Positions 12,837 to 15,054 of a stretch of 15,054 bases of DNA are shown one piece after another (the first letter of the stretch is position 1; every line of letters starts with the position of its first letter). Under the pieces are notes generated by a model. That model was given only the letters and a program-made list of their open reading frames with translations, did no database searches and was not told the DNA's origin. Source of the DNA: an uncultured Anaerolineales bacterium. GTDB lineage: Bacteria > Planctomycetota > Phycisphaerae > FEN-1346. The stretch covers positions 1-15,054 of the forward strand of contig CAYGWP010000511.1 in NCBI GenBank assembly GCA_964353455.1. Direction: 5' to 3'. A program made the translations under genes and the position numbers.

Positions 12837-14549
12837 TCACCGCCCGATCTGCTGAAACTCCTTCACGGTGCCGCCCATGTTGCCGAAGGTAACCTTCATG
12901 CCGAGCGCCAGGGGGCACGCGCAGCCACGAGGCACGCCGATGCCGTCGGCCGTCACGCCCTTGTCCTGGACGAGGCTTTCGAGCCAGAACTGGCCGCCAA
13001 GGCGGATGATGCGGACGTGCGCGCGGCGGAGGCCCGCCGTCGGGTCGCGCACCAGCAGTTCGCTGCCTTGCCCGCGGCCGACGTTGGCCCAGCGATAGAC
13101 GACGAGGTACTTCTCATCCTCGGCCAGGTTATCGACGCGCCGGATCATGAGCGACCGTAGTTTCAGGCGCGCCGCCGTCTGCCACAGATCGTCGGCGGAA
13201 CCCAGGGCGCTGTAACGCTTCGGGTCCAATCCCGGCTGGTCTTCAGCATCCCTGAACGGAATCAGCCGCAGGCGCAGTGCCTTCGCCACGTCCACGACGG
13301 ACGGCTGGTCAAGCGGCACCTTGACCTCGCCGCGCACGGCATGGCCGTTAAGTTCCGTGCCGTTCCTGGTGTCCTGGTCGGCGAGGAAAAGGCCGTCGGA
13401 CCGAAGCGACAGGACACAGTGCGGCCCCTTGTGGCCGCTGATCAGAAAAGACAACTTGTCGTTCTCCGGGTTCCTCGGCAGGACGACCAGCGAGATGTCG
13501 CTATTGGATCGGCTGCGGCCCAGGCGAATCTCGGGGATGCCGAGGAGGCACACGCGGGGGGCGTCGGGCTCGGCGGACGAGATGATGGCGGCCCGGTCCA
13601 TCGGCGCGCGCGGCGGCACATGGCCCCTGACGACGCGGACGGGCCGGCCTTCCTTGTCGCGCTGGCGGCGGGTCTCATCCTCGTCGAATGCCAGCGACAG
13701 CGCCGTCCACTGGTCGCTGAACGACCGGTGCATGATCTGGTTCACGTCCTTGACGAGGCCCTCGGAGATGACCTGCTTGGCCTCCTGGCTGACGCTGCTG
13801 CCGAAGATCTTGCTCCCGCCCTCGGGGCGGACGCTCTGGTCGATCTGGACAACGAGGCTCTGGAGGTTCTCAGGCCGCGCCAGCACCATGAGCACCGCCT
13901 GGGCGGTCCAGCAGAACGGCTCGCCGCCGAGTTCGTACTTCAGGGCAAGGTCCACAAGCATCTCGCCGGGAATATCGAGCCTCAACTGCATCCGGTGCCG
14001 CGCATCCCTGTGCGCGGCCAGACGCATCGTACACTCTTGCACCGCGCCGACGAGTTGCCCCGTCACCCTCAGGCAAACGTTGTTCAGGGCCTGGTCGGTC
14101 CCGTTGACGAAACGGAAGTCAAGGACGGCGGCCATATTTTCCATGTAGAAATGGTTATCATTGATTTCGATCGCGACGGCGGGCGGGCGGCCCTCGTCGT
14201 CGCAGACATCGGCCTCGCCGGCCGGGGCAGAGAGCGCCTCCTGCTCCTCGGTCCGGGCCTCCTCCTGCGTCAGACGCAGGTGGTCCCGCTTCTCATCCAG
14301 CGCCCGGCGGTCGTGACCGTCCAGGACGCCGTCGGACCACCGCTGGAGGACTTCCTGGCGGTACTCGGCCACGGCCTTGGCCTTGTCGCGGGGAATCGTC
14401 TCGGCCTGCTCCATAAGATCGCCCGCCGGAGCCGCCGCAGGCGCCCCGGCCGCCGCAGGCGCTGCCGCACGCAGCGCCCCGCCGCACGCGGCGCAGAACG
14501 ACTCCTTGTCGTCGTAGGCCTCCGACCCGCACTTCTCGCAACGTTTCAT
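12837..14549 (-). CDS. Zinc-ribbon protein of 570 aa with two FHA (forkhead-associated, phospho-Thr-binding) domains.
   Basis: ATG at 14549..14547 is preceded by AAGGGGG with a 6-nt spacer. The N-terminus is MKRCEKCGSEAYDDKESFCAACG, a zinc ribbon. FHA domain 1 is LGRSRSNSDISLVVLPRNPENDKLSFLISGHKGPHCVLSLRSDGLFLADQDTRNGTELNGHAV, with the G-R...S..H..L....NGT..NG hallmarks, at ~13340-13570. A second FHA-like region lies at the C-terminus, ~12840-13150 (AHVRIIRLGGQFWLESLVQDKGVTADG...). Confidence 0.85.
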   Translation of the reverse strand: MKRCEKCGSEAYDDKESFCAACGGALRAAAPAAAGAPAAAPAGDLMEQAETIPRDKAKAVAEYRQEVLQRWSDGVLDGHDRRALDEKRDHLRLTQEEARTEEQEALSAPAGEADVCDDEGRPPAVAIEINDNHFYMENMAAVLDFRFVNGTDQALNNVCLRVTGQLVGAVQECTMRLAAHRDARHRMQLRLDIPGEMLVDLALKYELGGEPFCWTAQAVLMVLARPENLQSLVVQIDQSVRPEGGSKIFGSSVSQEAKQVISEGLVKDVNQIMHRSFSDQWTALSLAFDEDETRRQRDKEGRPVRVVRGHVPPRAPMDRAAIISSAEPDAPRVCLLGIPEIRLGRSRSNSDISLVVLPRNPENDKLSFLISGHKGPHCVLSLRSDGLFLADQDTRNGTELNGHAVRGEVKVPLDQPSVVDVAKALRLRLIPFRDAEDQPGLDPKRYSALGSADDLWQTAARLKLRSLMIRRVDNLAEDEKYLVVYRWANVGRGQGSELLVRDPTAGLRRAHVRIIRLGGQFWLESLVQDKGVTADGIGVPRGCACPLALGMKVTFGNMGGTVKEFQQIGR

Positions 14550-14593
14550 CCGCGGCCCCCTTGATTGGACTTGGCGGCGCCGGCTGCGGCAGT

Positions 14594-14622
14594 AGTGTAC
14601 AGTACCCCCGCGCTGCGGGCAA
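14594..14622 (-). promoter_or_regulatory. Putative promoter for the FHA gene, read on the minus strand.
   Basis: On the minus strand: TTGCCC (reverse complement of 14617-14622), a 17-bp spacer, then TACACT (reverse complement of 14594-14599). The palindrome GTACAGTAC at 14597-14605 overlaps it. It uses the same TTGCCC -35 hexamer as the divergent promoter. Confidence 0.25.
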
Positions 14623-14645
14623 GCGGCTCATTTCGCCGAACGGAT

Positions 14646-14674
14646 TTGCCCTTGCGGCCTGCCGACGCTATGAT
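14646..14674 (+). promoter_or_regulatory. Putative sigma70-like promoter for the plus-strand gene starting at 14719.
   Basis: TTGCCC at 14646-14651, a 17-bp spacer, then TATGAT at 14669-14674. It is ~45 nt upstream of the ATG and the AAGGAGG RBS. It was found by eye and has no experimental support. Confidence 0.3.
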
Positions 14675-14718
14675 GCTTGCACCCAGGCGTCGGGCCGCGC
14701 GCCCGAAAGGAGGCTGCC

Positions 14719-15054
14719 ATGTGCCATCCGGTCGCCCTTGTCCGGTCCGTTTCCATTGCGGCGGTTGCGGCGTGCGCACTGGTCATCCCCTCGGCCGGGC
14801 GTGCGGCCGCGCCCGCCGGCGCCGAGGCGATGCTCAAGCAGATCGGCTCGACGCGCGGCGTGGTCGCCCTGCTTGATGATACGCAATGTGAACTCGCCCT
14901 TGCGCTGGCAAAGGCAAGCGAACTCGTGATCTACGTCCAGTTGTCCGACCCTGCCGCCGTGGACTCCGCCCGGCGCGCGGCCGATGCCGCCGGACTCTAC
15001 GGAACCCGAATCTTCGTGGAGCGCGGCGACCCGCCTGCGGGCCGTAGCCCTACG
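14719..15054 (+). CDS. Secreted or membrane protein, N-terminal fragment only (112 aa visible). Function unknown. It continues past the right edge.
   Basis: ATG at 14719 is preceded by AAGGAGG (14707-14713) with a 5-nt spacer. The N-terminus is MCHPVALVRSVSIAAVAACALVIPSAGRAAAPA, which looks like a signal peptide. There is no stop before the window end, so it is absent from the ORF track. It is divergent from the FHA gene. Confidence 0.6.
   Translation, partial: MCHPVALVRSVSIAAVAACALVIPSAGRAAAPAGAEAMLKQIGSTRGVVALLDDTQCELALALAKASELVIYVQLSDPAAVDSARRAADAAGLYGTRIFVERGDPPAGRSPT

Noticed and set aside
13341-14564. A 407-aa plus-strand ORF and the 275-aa ORF at 13321..14148.
   Set aside because: They are antisense to the zinc-ribbon/FHA gene and have shadow-ORF composition.

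Overview
This is a high-GC window (roughly 68-70% GC by eye). Ten co-directional minus-strand genes fill it from position 1 to 14549, and a divergent plus-strand gene starts at 14719 and runs off the right edge. I read the cluster as a serine/threonine-kinase and FHA phospho-signalling set joined to envelope-remodelling and proteolysis genes. I could not match this combination to a characterised system and flag it as a candidate new envelope-stress or conflict module. It contains two Hanks-type Ser/Thr kinases, the left one partial. The internal one reads zinc ribbon - kinase - transmembrane helix - TPR-like repeats - parallel beta-helix. It also contains a zinc-ribbon protein with two FHA domains, and a protein with an excisionase-type helix-turn-helix, a zinc ribbon and an unknown domain. 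Further members are a lipoprotein with a proline-rich linker, a CsgG/LpoB-like periplasmic protein, and an SPFH/flotillin-like protein with zinc ribbons at both ends. The rest are a small hypothetical protein, a papain-like (C1) cysteine peptidase fused to a large unknown domain with a C-terminal transmembrane anchor, and a highly charged 204-aa coiled-coil protein that may belong to the PspA/ESCRT-III class. The same C-x2-C...FC-x2-CG zinc ribbon sits at the terminus of four consecutive but otherwise unrelated proteins. Two short palindromic repeat families lie in the intergenic leaders: family B (CCCTCTCCC-GCRA-GGGGAGAGGG) in three copies and family A (12-bp stem GCGCGGCGGGTC) in two inverted copies. 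These palindromes also produce the recurring '...PSPARGEG' ends of several spurious plus-strand ORFs. Most of the long plus-strand ORFs in the track are antisense shadow ORFs typical of high-GC DNA and were rejected. The only AT-rich island, at 12605-12836, is the likely promoter region for the helix-turn-helix gene. I found no rRNA, tRNA, CRISPR array or mobile-element signature. All domain calls rest on motif recognition by eye and need HMM or structure-based confirmation.
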